A DNA stretch of 64,000 bases, from NCBI GenBank assembly GCA_024137785.1, contig JAHRHZ010000069.1, positions 24,672,523 to 24,736,522 on the forward strand, read 5' to 3'. Shown here one piece after another: positions 1 through 13,597 of this stretch. The DNA is from Ginglymostoma cirratum. Its lineage: Eukaryota. Each line of letters starts with the position of its first letter. Position 1 is the stretch's first letter. The translations under genes and the position numbers were made by a program. The notes beneath the pieces are model-generated. The model did not search any database. It saw only the letters and a program-made list of their open reading frames with translations, and was not told the origin of the DNA.

Positions 1-639
1 CCCATTTTGGTTGGTCCAAATCCTTTAATCCACAGTATAAGGGTCACAAACTGATGGAATAGATATAAATGCTCCTGTAGGGCAGATAATGTCACAATCT
101 GAAGGCTTTATTAAGAGTCCCACTGTCTAAGCTCCAAAAAAAAACACAAGTTGCTGCCCTCGGTGACTGCTTTTTTTAAAAAAAATCCTCTAATTGACTG
201 CTTTGGCAGGTGTCCATTAGAATAAAAAGTAGCATATGCTCAAGTAGTTTCAATAGAGGTCTTTGGTGATACTCATTCAAGTCAATTATTGTGTCATTAT
301 AAATGTTTGGCTGACTTTCGAGCAGTACTGTCTCTCCAAGGGGTTCAATGGCGGGGGAGGAGGAGGGGTGAGGGGTGGGGATCAGATCGGGCAGCAGGGG
401 AGGGAGAAGGTTCAGGTCTGGTGGCAAGGGGCCGGGATGGTTGGGTCTACAGTGGGAGGTATCATTTCCTGGGGAGGGAAGGGAAGGCGGGCCAGGGTTT
501 GGGGAGTGTATAGGGTCTGCGGAGGTGAGATGTAGTTGAGTGTGCTTGAGATAAGTTGTGAGGTCAGTTTAATAGTTACTCAAGAGTAACTAATTGAACA
601 ATTGCAGTGGAACCGTCCGAGCTGTCCGACTTAAATCTA

Positions 640-2305
640 GGGGGAACCAGAGAGGAGTGTGCAGCAGGTCACCATTATCAGTGAAGCAGACCATTCAGGT
701 GGACCTGTATGAGAAGGGCAGCAGCAGTGGGCGATCAAACCAGGAGCAGAGAGACCCTTCAGTCTGTTTCTACCTGTCAGAGCCAAAGTGTAGTGTCACA
801 GAAAAGCATGTAGGTGATTGGTGCATTTTTCTGCCATGCCCCCTCTGATTTGTCAAGCGGTTTAAATCAGGAGACGTTATTACAGCTGAGGAATACTGGT
901 ACCAAATTCACTTTTAAACTATTTAACATTCAAAGTAATTAAATAAATAGAATAGAGATGGCTATGCAGGCGTGTTATGATCCATAGTGACCACATCTTC
1001 TACATTGAGTTTTGGCTGCTCGAGGAACTTTGGCTCAGAGTTGATGAACTGGACTCCGAGCTGTAAACATTGAGACATGTCAGGGAGGGGAAGAGATACC
1101 AGGACATCCTGTTCAGGATACCATCAGAACTCTTACATTAATCACATCAAATTGGGTCCATGGTCAGGTACAGAAGAGTGTGAATGCTGGTCAGGTATGG
1201 GGATCCAGAATTCAGCTTTAGGGCCTCAGCCAGTGCCCTTGTCCAATTGGTATGAGATTATAGCCCCCAGCTGTGTTGGTTACCCGGTGCCAAGGTTCAG
1301 GACATCTCTTCTCTGCTGGAGGGTAACTTGAAATGGGAAGGGAAGGGTCCAATTGACATGGTCCATTAGGTACCAATGATGTAGATTCTGCTGAGGAATT
1401 CAGTTAAAAAGCAACATCTCAAAGGTAATAATGTCCAGCTTACTACCTGGGCCATGTCCACTTTGGGGTAGGATAAATAAGAGTGGAGAAGTAGATGCGT
1501 GGCTCAAAGATTGGAGTGGGAGGAATGCATTCCAGTTCATGGAGCACTGACAAAAAGAGCTGCTTGTTTGGAGCAAGCTTCCTTTGAACCATGCTGGAAC
1601 CAGTGTATTGATGATTTAAATAACAAGGGGTGTAAATAGGGGTTTAAATTAATTAGTGGGTGGGAAGGGTTCAATTGAAGGGAAATTTTTAAAAAATCAA
1701 AATGAAGCAAGAGAGCAGAGAGCAGAAGTGTGGGTAGTCATGAGGTGGGCAAGAACCCAAGTGTGACAAGAGATGGCAAAAAGTATATGCAACAGAGTGC
1801 AGCAGAAATTAGAACCAGAGTAAGTAATAATGGTACATTATAATGGTATTTGCAACAAAATAGGTAATTTAACGGCACACGTGGAAATAAATAAATATGA
1901 CTTGATAACCACTACAGAGATGTGGTTGCAAGGTGACCAAGTCTGGAAACTCAATATTCAATGGTATTTATCATTCCAGGAGAATAGGCAAAACAAAGAA
2001 AAGGATCCGGGGTAGCAATGTTATTAAAGGAAGGTATCAGTGCAGTGGTGAGTAGTGATACTGGTGTAATAGACCAAAATGTGGAATCAGTTTTGCTGGA
2101 AATAAAGAATAGCAAAGGAAAGAAGTCACAGTTGAAAGTTGCATATAGACTCCCAAGCAATATTCTGACTGTAAGACAAATTATAAATCAGTAAATAATA
2201 GAGGTGTGTAAAAAGGGCACTACAGTTATTATTGGTGATTGTAATCAGCAGTTTGACTGGAAAAATCAAATGGACCATGGTAATGTGGAATATGAATTTT
2301 TTGAG
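640..2305 (+). mobile_element. CR1 LINE copy A, 5' part (5' UTR, decayed ORF1, start of ORF2 endonuclease)
   Basis: ORF fragments ICNKIGNLTAHVEINKYDLITTTEMWLQGDQVWKLNI and TTVIIGDCN...DW...EFFE are APE-endonuclease motifs of CR1 ORF2. Many stops and frameshifts. Confidence 0.85.
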
Positions 2306-5300
2306 CAGAGCAGAGAGAGGGAGACACCAAGAGGATATATTGAGGCCCAGGATCAGGGACCCAGCACTTTAGCTTTAATGCAGCAGCAAGAGGGCAGGCA
2401 GCAAGAAGATCTGTTTAGAGGGGAGTCCCAGTTTAGCAACTGCAGCTTCAGCTTCAGGGGGCTGCTGACTGAGAAAACAATGCCACCACAGGGCAGTGGT
2501 AGGTTGATTGGATTGTGATCTTAAAATGTGTTTTTTTTTTAGAAAAAGGGATTATCTGAGAAACTATAGGAATAAGTGTAAGTCAGGACCATGACAGTAA
2601 AAATAACATAAGTAAGCAAAGTATGGTTAGGAAAGTAAAGTTAGCATAAGGGAGTAAGCTTCTAGTATTTATAGCATTTTTTTTTAGAAAAATGCAGTAA
2701 CTAAAAGGTTTAAGAGAAGTCATTGCAGCAGAGTTTGTACTTGTGATATGTTCCTCCTCTGCTATATGGCAAATCATGGAAGCTTCAGTGTCCTGATGAC
2801 CACATGTTCAGGAAGTATGTCCAGCTGTAGTTACTGCATTTTGGAGCTGGAGCTGTGGAGTATCCACAATGCTGAGTATGTCATGAATAACATGTTCACA
2901 CTGCAGATGAAGACCGAAAAGGCAGAAAGACTGAGCAGAGTAGAGAAGAGCAGGTAGTGCAGGAGTACCCTGTGGCCACCCCCCTTTCTAAATAGATAAA
3001 CCATTTTGGATATTGTCAGGGGAGAAGATTGTGCAGAGGAAAGCAGCGAAAACCAACTACATGGTGGGTCTGCTGCACAAGAAGGTAGGAAGAAGCACAG
3101 CAGGGTTCTTATAGTGGTAGGAAATTTAACTGTAAGGGGAGCAGACAAGAGTTTCTGCAGTTATAAAAAAGATTCCAGGATGAAATGTTGCTTCCCTGGT
3201 GCCAGGGTCAAGATGTCACTGAACGGCAGCAGGACATTGCAAAGGGGAGGGCAAACGGACAGAGGTCATTGTCTATGTTGGTACCAACAATGCAGGTAGA
3301 AAAAGGAAGTAGGTCTTGCAAGTGAATTTTAGGGAGCTAGGAAGTAGATTAAAGAACTGGACCAAAGGGCAGTGATCTCTGGATTATTTCTGGTGATCGT
3401 GAGTACAGAAATGGGAGGTTAGTGCAGATGAATGTCTGGCTGGAGAGATGGTGCAAGAGAGAGAGCTTTAGACCTCTGGATATTGATCGCATTTTTGGGG
3501 ACAGTGGGACCTGTATAAGGTCAATAGGTTATATGTGAACCTGAATGGGTCCAGCATCTTGGCAGGAACATTTGCTAGTGCTGTTGGGGAGGGTTTAAAC
3601 TGACTTGGTGGGCAGGGGGCTGTAGTCCAGAGAGAAGGTTCAGCAGGGGGAGGCCAAAATAGAAGAGACAGCAAGTGAGACCGGAGGGCACAGAAATTAT
3701 AGACCTGTTAAGGCATAAGGGAGTTTGGCAAGGTTTGATGGTATTTATTTTAATGCAAAGAGTCAGACAAGCAAGGCAGATGAGTCAATGGCACAAATTA
3801 AAACACAAAGATATGGTGCAATTGCTATCACTGAAACACGGTTGAGAGAGGGGCAGGATTGGCAGCTCAAAATTCCAGGATATAAAATCTTCAGGCAAGA
3901 CAAGGAAGGAGATCAAAGAGGCGGGAGTGCCATAATATTGATCAGGGAATCAATTACAGCAGTAAGGAGTGATGACATCTTAGAAGACTCCTCAAATAAA
4001 GCCATATGGGTAGAACTTTAAAACCAAAAAGGAGCAATCACTTGTTGCGAGTGTACTAACAGGCCCATAATAGTCTGAGAGAAATAGAAGAGCAGATTAT
4101 GCAGACAAATTCCAGAGAAGTGTAAAAGTAATAGGGTAGTGACAATGGATGTTTTGAATGTCCTCAGTGTTATCTGGGATAGTCATTGTGTGAAAGGTTT
4201 AGAAGAAGTGGAATTCTGAAAATACATCCAGGAGAGCTTTTTAAGCCCGTACGTAGAATGGCCTACAAGCGAAGGGATGGTCCTGGACTTAATTTTAGAC
4301 AATGAAGCCAGGCAAATGGTTGAAATATCAGTGGGGGAGCACTTTTCAGAAGCAATCATAATTCTATTAGATTCAAGATTGTTATGGAAAAGGACAAGGA
4401 TTTGCCTAAATCAAAGTTCAAAACTGGGGGAAGGCCAGTTTTAATAAAATCAGGTATGATTTGGTCAGAATGGACTGGAAGGAGATACGTTTGGGAAATT
4501 TATGTCAGAGCAGTAGGACACATTCAAGAAGGAAATGGGGAGTGGGCAGGGTCAGTATTTTCCAACAAATACAAAGCATGGAACCAACGAATCCAACAAA
4601 CCCTAGGTATCCGTGGATATACAGGGTTGGATAAAGAGAAAAAGAGAAGCTTGTGGCTGGTACCAAGAGCTTAAAACAGCAGATGCCCTAGAGGAGTACT
4701 GAATGTATAAGGACAAACTAAAAAAGGAAATTAGGAAAGCAAGAAAGGAGGAAAATCCTAAGTTATTGTACAAGTACATTAAAAGTGAAAGGATAACTAG
4801 GGAAACAGTAGGGCATTTAAGACTACAGTGGTCATTTTTGCATGGAGTCAGAAGACTGAATACTTTGAGTCAGTGTTCGTTAGTTAAAGGACAATGTTGG
4901 TATCGAAACCAGGGAGAAGGATTGTGATATAATTAAAGAAATGAGCATAGACAGGGAGGAGGTTCTAAGTGGTCTGGCAGGCTTAAAAGTAAATAGATTT
5001 CCAGGGCCAGTTGAAATGTATCACAGGCTGTTGAGTAAGGCAGGGGAGGAAATATCAGGAGTGTTGGCAATAATTTCAAATCCTGTCTGGCCACAGGAAA
5101 GGTGCCAGAGGGCTGGAGGTCAGCCAATGTGGTACCATTATTCAAGGAAGGAAAAAGGGACAAACCAAGAAACTACAAGCCAGTCAGTCTAACTTCAGTG
5201 GTGGAGAAGCTGTTGGAAGCAATTCTGAGGGACAAAATTAATCTGCACTTGGAGAGGCAGGGATTAATCAAGAACAGGCAACATGGTTTTGTTAAGGACA

Positions 5301-5698
5301 GGTTAAGGCTGAACAACTTGACTTGAATTTTTTGAAAATATTTGTAGATGGGACAAGGAATTTGACATAGTCAACTTGGACTTCAGCAAGGCATTTGATA
5401 AAGTCCCACATGGGAGACTGATAATGGAGGTAAGAGCCCATGGGAAATTTAGCTAATATGGATCCAGAATTGTCTGACTGGCAGGAAGCAAAGGGTAATG
5501 GTTGAGGGGTGTGTTTGTGACTGGAAGCCTGTGTCCATTGGAGTTCCAAAGGGATCAGTGTTGGAGCTCTTGCTGTTTGATATAAATGATTGAGACTTGA
5601 ATGAAGGAGGGTTGATCAGTAAGTTTGCTGATGATATGAAAATTGGTGGGTTATAAATAATGAGGTGGATAGCCTTCAATTACAGGAGGATATAGTGG
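2306..5698 (+). mobile_element. CR1 LINE copy B nested in copy A (5' UTR, ORF1 esterase, ORF2 EN and RT; 3' end missing)
   Basis: ORF1 SGNH-esterase-like VVGNLTVRGADKSFC...CCFPGARV. EN motifs YFNAKS...IAITETRL. RT motifs WRSANVVPLFKEGKRDKPRNYKPVSLTSVV, DFSKAFDKVPH, GVPKGSVL, FADD. Confidence 0.9.
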
Positions 5699-5699
5699 C

Positions 5700-7457
5700 T
5701 AAAGTGTGTGTACAAGTCTTAGAGTATGCAACTACAAAATTGACTATAGGGAACAAGGAAATGGCAGATAAATTAAACCAATGTTTTGCATCAGTCTTCA
5801 TGATGGTCTATACTGTAAGCATCCCAAATATATCAAATAAGGAAGGTGCTGATGGGAGGAAAGATATTGTGACAGTCTCTATCATGAAGGGCAAAGTACT
5901 TGACGAGCTAATGGAATAAAGACCCAGTCATCAGGACAAGATAGCCTCCATCCAAGGGTTTTAAAGGACGTGTCGGCAGACACGGAGGGGACATTGGTTG
6001 AAATATTTCCAGAACTCAGCTACATTAGAGAAGGGTTCCAGTGGATTAGAATACTGCTAATGTGGTGTCCTTGTTCAAGAAAGGAAGTAGAAAGCACGAA
6101 ATTATAGGACAGTTAGCCAAAATCTGTCGTTGAGAAAATACTAGAGTTAATTAATGAACAAAAAGCAGGACATTTAGAAAAGCTGAACACAATCAAACAA
6201 GAGTCAACATCATAAATGGGAAATCATGTTTGCTAAATTTGCTAGAACTCTTTGAGGATGTAACAACCAGAGTCAATTAACTGTAACGGTGTATTCAGAT
6301 TTTCAGAAAGCGTTTGATAAGATGCTACATAAAAGGTTATTACACAAGATAGGAGCCCACAGTAATAGGATGATGTATTAGTATAGATTGAAGATTGGTT
6401 ATCACAGAAGACAGAGAGTCAACATTAGTGGGTATTTTTCAGGTTGAAAAGATGTAATTAGTGAAGTTTGCATGAGTCAATCCGAGGGCCTCAATTATTT
6501 ACAATCTATGTTAATGACTTGGAGGAGGGGGTAGAGTGTAATGTATCCATATCTGCTGCTGATACAAAAGTAGGTGGGTATGTTATGGTGAAGGTATAAG
6601 GAATCTGCAAGGTGATATAGATAAATAGAGTGAGTAGGCAAAACTTGGCAGGTAGAGTTTAAAGTAAGAAACATGAGATCATGCATTTTGGTAATCAAAG
6701 GCAGACTATTATTTAAATGAAGAGAGACTCCAAAAAAATGTGCAGCACAAGGGAGCTAGGTGTTACCGTGCATCAAGCACAAAAAGTCAACATGCATTTA
6801 TACCAAGAAATTTAGAAGGCAAATGAAGTTTGGCCTTTATTGCTCTGGGATTTGAGTTTAAAAATAGGAAAGTCTTGTTACAACAGTACAGGGGATCGGT
6901 GAAGTTACACCTGAGGCACTGTATACAGTTTTGGTCCCTGTACTTAAGAAAGAATATATAGGCATTGGATGCAGTTCAAAAGAGATTCTCAAGGCTGATT
7001 CCTGAATGAGGGCCTGACTTATCTAGGACAGCAAAACAGGTTATGCCTTTATTCTTTACAGTTTAGAAGAATAAGTGATGTCTTATTGAAAAATGTAAGG
7101 TTCTGAGGGAAGTGACAAGGTGGATGTTGAGAAGATGTTTCTACTGGTAGGAGAATCTTCTAGGGGACATGGTTACAACATGAGGACACAGATTTAAAAC
7201 TGCAATGTAAAGGAATTTCTTCTCCTAGAGGTTTGGAATTCTCTATTCCAGAGTATTGTGGAGGTTGGATCCCTGAAAGTATATAAAGAGGAGGTAAATC
7301 ATTTTTTAAAAACATCAAGGAGTTAAGGGCTATGATGAGCTGGCATGAAAGAGGATTTGAGGCCCAGTGCAGGTCAACTATCCATGATTTTATACGATGG
7401 TGGGAGAGACTTGTGGGAACAGCTGTCCTACTCCCGCTTCTGTTTCTTATATTCTTG
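5700..7457 (+). mobile_element. CR1 LINE 3' part (second RT region and 3' UTR), probably the continuation of copy A
   Basis: IGNKEMADKLNQCFASVF, then a second set of RT motifs (DFQKAFDK near 6300, AADTK near 6560), then a CR1 3' end cctactcccgcttctgtttcttatattctt. Confidence 0.85.
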
Positions 7458-8991
7458 AAAAGATACATTTGAGTTCCAGCCATAGGAGAATCGCCCAGAA
7501 GAATCTTAAATTTCCTGAGCAGCTCTTTCAGAGAATGCTACAATGGGGATTCCACAGGGTCCCAATGCACAACTCCCATCTGCACTTCAGAAACAATTAT
7601 TTGGCCATGGAAAAATCTGGGCTATTGACAGCCATATCAACTTGTCTTGCCACTTTCATAGAATATAGAAAGGTAACATCAGCTAGGGTTTCTGTTTCTG
7701 TTTATATCGATTGATCTTTGTTCTTTCTTCCCTGCCTTTCTGAAGCTTGCCCAAGCCAACTGTCTACACACAAAGAACTGATCACTTGTGTGAGATGTTG
7801 CAGGTGACCTTTTTTAAAGAGAGATAAGATAACATCATTTTTTTTCAAGTTTCATTGGTCTTCTGAAATATTACATTTGAGATAAATGTAGAGTACTGTA
7901 CACCTTTTTTGATGAATGATGTTCTAAAGCTAAAGGACACATATTCGGTTAAATGCTCCCTTTGGTGAATGTAAATGTGATTACGTTGGATCAGCCACCT
8001 GTTATGCACTGTGGGCCATTTTTCTTTCCTTTAAAAAGGAACATTGGGAAGGTGTATAACAGGTAACCAGTCATATATCATCCTTGAATAACGTAAGATG
8101 CTCAAACAGTTAATCTTTGGATGGATAAACTAAGTTGTGTCAAAATGCCTTCTTAATTATTCTGTGATCTTCTGCAAATGAATGAACATGCCAAGAAACC
8201 AATTGGCTTACTCCTGTTCCTTTTCTAACATTTAAGTACAAGCTTACTGTTTATGGTGCTTGGTTAGAAATTTCAGCACTATTTTGCATACGTTGATTTG
8301 ACCTGGTAGATCCAAATGTTCCTGAACTAGGGAGAGGAAAATTATTACAATACTTTTTATAGTTAAAGGAAATATTGAAGTGCATGAAAAAGAGTATGCA
8401 TTATAAATAATAACATTGACATATATAATTATACATGAAAATAATGATGTCTGTAAAACAAATGACTGAAACGTGCAAAATAAACAATGATCAGCTACAC
8501 AACTCTTGTACTCCTGCATATTTTAATGGTACCATTGTAAAATTTGTGTGTATCATGTAAATGGTTAAAAATGTGTTTGACTCAATGATAACATTTCTGT
8601 CTCTCTTTCATTGTACATTAACCACTGCAAGGATTATTGCTGTTGTAAATGAGATCTTATTTTCTATGTGTTTCCAACAAAAAAACTCAAAGCTGAATTG
8701 CAGCTTCATTCTGTGAATATCAAAAGAAATGTAGGAATTGCAATGTGGATTGTCCATGCGTGCTGCTAGTTGGGTTAAAAGATTACTGTTTAATCATTGG
8801 GAAGTTTACTTTCAAAGATTGCAGAAAATAGACAGAAGACTTGGCAAAATAAAGCTTGAAGAGGCTGACAGCGAGTTTTCATGAGTTCTGATGATCAGTT
8901 AAAATGAGAAAAAAGGAAAATGGTCAATTGAACATAGCTGTATTTTAATGTAATAAAGTTCTCACCTAATATCGTATGCTTCTAGTAACAA

Positions 8992-9468
8992 CTGTGGCTC
9001 AGTAACAGTACTTTTGCATCTAAGCCAAGAGATCATGGATTCAAGTCCTTCTGCAATGACTTGAGCGCTAATTTAGGTTGACCTCCCAGTGTACTTCTAC
9101 AGAAGCCACTTATATTCACAGATGAGCTCTTTGAAGTAATCCAACAAAGATTGCCGGCCCAAGTGTGAGGGTCTGGCAATGGTTGACATATTTTGAATGA
9201 GATGTTAAACCAAGATCCAGTGTCAAGTGAATGTAAAAAAAATCCTACGGCAATTTTTAAAGTAGGAGTTCTTTCCGCTATCTTGAGAGTATTTCTTCAT
9301 CAGCTAGAACCTAAACACAGACTATCTGGTCTTTTACGTTTCTGTCTTTTACATATTGCCTGCCATGTTTCAGAGCTTACAATTGCATTGACAATAGAAG
9401 TATTTCATTGGATGGAAAACATCTAAGGATGTCCTAAGGTAATGGAAAGCACCACATAAATGCAAATA
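8992..9468 (+). mobile_element. tRNA-derived Deu-domain SINE (AmnSINE1/SacSINE1-like), degenerate
   Basis: A/B-box-like head (gtggctcagt...ggattcaagtcc), Deu-like core gagatgttaaaccaag...gtaaaa...atcc..ggca, tail ataaatgcaa. Similar to the copies at 34205, 42425 and 48095. Confidence 0.7.
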
Positions 9469-10509
9469 CCTGATTAATTTCTTCCTAGCTGTAACACAAG
9501 TACACTTTATAAAGACTAAACAGTCTTTCTCGTTCACTTTTTCTCCACTATTTCCATTACTCTATTTTCTTCATGTTAAACACATGCCTAACTTGCATTT
9601 TCTAATTCGCTTTCTTAAATTAAGTTGTAGGGAGCCACCAGCCCAAGGCCTGTCAAGACTCTCACTGACCCAAGTTACGGCTGCCTCTTGCATGTTATGA
9701 TTTCTGTAAAGATCTCTAATTTTTTTAAGAACAGATTTAAATTTCCAGTTGACAATTGAAGAATAACACAACAAGATTTCACATATTAATCTTCTACTGT
9801 GCAGTTTCTGTAGGAAACATATTTTAAACTACAGGAAGGAGCATTTCCCTCATATAATTATCTCAAAATCACACTCTCTATGGAGTTCCAGTTCATATAA
9901 CGAACAGCCAGTTTCTAATGAGTCTGCATTTTCCAATTTTGCCAAGTAATAACTTTGAGTAATCACCTCCAGGCACTTTCCTCATTTTTTTTCAGTGTTT
10001 CCTAAATTCACTACCAGCAGGAAGTCCTGTCCCAGTGATTCTTCCCCGCTGGCCACACCAAGATGAATCTGCTAGAACCTTTAGAAGGCTGATCAATACA
10101 TCACTTTGACAAAAGACAGTCTCAATCCCATAACTGGCTACGGTATTTCACAAAGCCAAGCAGTCCAGTTTCCATCCCAGTTTAATACATTGCACAAACA
10201 TCTGCTAAATCTGAAGAACCCCTTTATTTTTAAACATCACAATGCCTCAGTCCTGAAATCTCACACCAAAATGTTTCTAAATTTCAGCACCCTTACCTAA
10301 TCCTCCCAATCTAAGGATACCCCTCAGGGCCAGTACTCCTAACATTGTCAGAGTAAATTAATACAGATTTCTAAAGCCCACATTTGCTGGAAGCTCATTC
10401 GCAAATCGATCTCGTCAGTAAGTGTCACCTAAATTTAGTTCACCTTCTTTTCCTTCGCAAATACCTGCAGGAAAAGTACAATCATGCCCATAACTAAGAA
10501 TGTTCCTCC

Positions 10510-11215
10510 ATCACTTCTGTTTCTGTTTCCTTGCATTCCACACCTCATCGTCTTACTACTGATATTATCCCTCTGCTTCTTTCCTTCTGCCTTTCTCACC
10601 TTCTGAGACTCTTCATTTCATTCTTTATCTTCATCCCTTCTCATTTTCTTTCCCCCAATCTCCTCTATATATTCCTGCTGCTACCACTGTTTTTCTTTAA
10701 TTTAATTCCCTTCATCCACTTATTTTTTCACTCCCTTTGTGTTTTCCTTTGTCTGAGTCCTTCTCACTGTACGTATTAGTTTTTTCATCTGCAAGTGTTC
10801 CTTATTCCTTTATGTTTAGTCTTTCCTTCTAATTATCTCACAAAACTCACTCCCTTTTCTCCAAATCGCTCTCTTCCCTTTGGCATCTTCTTTTCTGTTC
10901 TCTCTTCCCTTCCTGAATATGATTGTTCTCTTTCTTGTCTTTTATTCTCTCATTTCTTTCTTTTCTGTCATTCTTGTTTGTTTCATTCTCTCTTTTTCTG
11001 CTTGACTCATCCTTAAGGTTTTTTTTCATTTTCTTCTGGTATGCTCCTCTCTTATCCTCTCATTATCTTGTGCTCCTCTCATCGCTTTTGATTCTGCTTT
11101 TCCATGTTCAGTCTTCTCTCTTTTCTGATGTATTATTCTTGTGTTTTTCTTGTCTGTTCCTTACTCTCACCTTTCCTATCCTCCACTTTCCTGTATGCTC
11201 TTTCCATAATTTCCT
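10510..11215 (+). repeat. Low-complexity pyrimidine-rich (C/T) tract
   Basis: About 700 bp dominated by T and C on the + strand. It produces the spurious F/L/S-rich ORFs. Confidence 0.9.
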
Positions 11216-13597
11216 GTTGAGCATGAAAACTGGGTTGGAGGAGCAGGGTTACAAATGGAAGCAGGCAGAAAGATGTTTATTCAGGTCTGTAGCTAATAAA
11301 ATAGTTGTTAAGGGTGTGCTTTGAAAGAGCATGCAGAATGTACATAAGCGAATAACAACACTACGGCATCAATCAGAGTGGAGCAGTCAGCCTGGGGTCG
11401 GTGAATCCCAACCCGTGCATATACTGAATGACTTTCTGACAAGGTTGGAAACCACACTTTATAAATAGAGCTATTTCTGAGTTGCTTTGCATTGTGGTCC
11501 TTAGCACTGTCAATGTCCCTCTTCCTGGTGAGATTACAGTTTCACAAATTTGCAAAAGGCGATGACAGGATGTGTATCTCTACCAGCCCGTTTTGTATTC
11601 AGAAGTGTTGCAGCATGTGTAATGCTTACCTAAAACTGACTGCACCCACTTGTTTATGTCTGGCTTTCAAAAAGTAAAAATTGAATACGTAGGTATAATA
11701 TTCAAAATAATTGATTTATATTGTTTACAGAATATTGGACGGAATTACTGAATTTGATCGTCAAAACATACATTAAAATTCTAGTCTGCTATTTAATAAA
11801 AATTTGATCATAAATAAGTTGTCCTTCAAATAATGCAGTGACTGTTTTAGGGCACATCATCCTTTTTCTTAAAACTGTGAACCACAGTCACTGATTAACC
11901 ACAATGTCATAACAGATCTACCCCTGTATTACTTGCTCATTTTTAACAATGTTTCAGAATGTTTCAAGGTTAGTACAGGTTTTGCCTTCATAACCTGGCA
12001 GCCTCAGAACTGGTCCTTGGCTGGAGCAGAGATTTGTTGGACTGTAAAAACCCATGTGTCCAGTACTGTCCTTCCCCCGATACTGAAACCAAAGCCCAGC
12101 ACGTGGCCTATCCACCTGCTTTCTCTGGCTGCTTTAGCCTTGGCTGCAGAGGAGAATGATGTGTTGGTGCTGCAAAAAGACAACATCGATAAGGCACTTC
12201 AGAACTTCTAGATGAGTTCTGTGAGTGACAGGGAGGAGCGTATCTATCCAGGACATTGGTGAGAAACCTGGTCTGTAACCAACAGTAAACCACATTGGTA
12301 GCTAGGTACAATGTGCCGTTTTATTCAGCTATTATAATATAGTCCTTAGCTCAATTCAAATAAATGTGCAATGTCTTCACCAAAGAATTTCATAAGAACT
12401 CATTATTGAATGCAGTATTAATATCACATTGTGCAATGTCAAAACAAAACATGTTGCAAAATGTAAGGCTGAAGACTCTAACTCAAATTCTTAATTTCCA
12501 ACCAGGTTCAAATTCAACGTTAACTGATACCTAAGTATTGCTTTACTCATGTTTCTTGGTCAGACTGCCAAATGAATGCTACGTAGAAACAACTGGGCCA
12601 ACACATCATTGCAGTTATTGTTGGGTATATGGTGAGACTGACTGAAACTTCAAACTGAAAGCAGAAAATACCAAATAAATAAGTTACTAACTGCAAGATT
12701 GCTGGACATTGAATCTTTCATTTCTCAAGCCTGTTTAAATTCAGATATCTTCTGGATTCAATACTGAACTCCTTAAAGTAAAGACCAGTGGTGCATCAGT
12801 TTTAAAATATAGGCCATAAGTCTATCATGGCAGCAATAAGACATTTAATCAGCCTGTAGATTAGGTCAAAGTCTTTTCCTGATCTCTAGTAACACATTTC
12901 TTTCCGTTTTTGCTTCTTATAAGTTTCTGAGATCATGTACAGTTACTTATGCGTAGAGAAGTTGACAGTTAGTTGTAAATGTCTCAATTGATTCACTTTA
13001 ATTGAGGTATCCTAACAGTAAACAGAAGCAACTGTAAAAAGTAGGTATTCATTGAAAGTTACTAAAAGCATCTGTAGCAATTGTTGGATTGTATCAATAC
13101 CCAGGGATCTGATGAATGCCAACTGGATAGACTAATGTTGATCCTCTGAGAAGGGCTAAGGAAGCATTAGACTTTCTTATCTTTCTTCAACGACAATAAC
13201 ACCCAAATGTGGGATATGTTTGACATATTTAAGATATATCCAAATAGTCTGGCTTTATGGATCAAATTTTTTTAGCATATAATGGAAAGAATTTCCTTCA
13301 GCCTATGTGTGAGATTTACAAGCAAATTGTATCTTATAAAAATGAGGAAACTGTGACATGGTGGTAGGCTGCATATCTCTAAAGAGAAAATCATAACTAT
13401 TTCCAATGCCTTTCTATGAAGACCCAAATTAAACAGGTTACATTGAGTGGACCTGGAGTGTGGTATGTCACTTGGATTTCTAAGCTGTTCAAGATGCTGA
13501 TATGTCACAAACTGCACGCTAGATTTTTCTATAGTACTAAAAGCAGTTGTCCATCATTCAGTTGATGAGGCTAAAAGAATTAGATGTGATGAGGAGG

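Noticed and set aside
8690-8735. LQLH-encoding stretch as the possible penultimate CADPS exon
   Set aside because: The flanking residues do not match the expected QWY...WLTDRMDLQLHIYQLKTL and there are no suitable splice sites. The exon probably lies upstream of the window.
10531-11324. Hydrophobic F/L/S-rich ORFs resembling membrane proteins
   Set aside because: They are translations of the C/T low-complexity tract.
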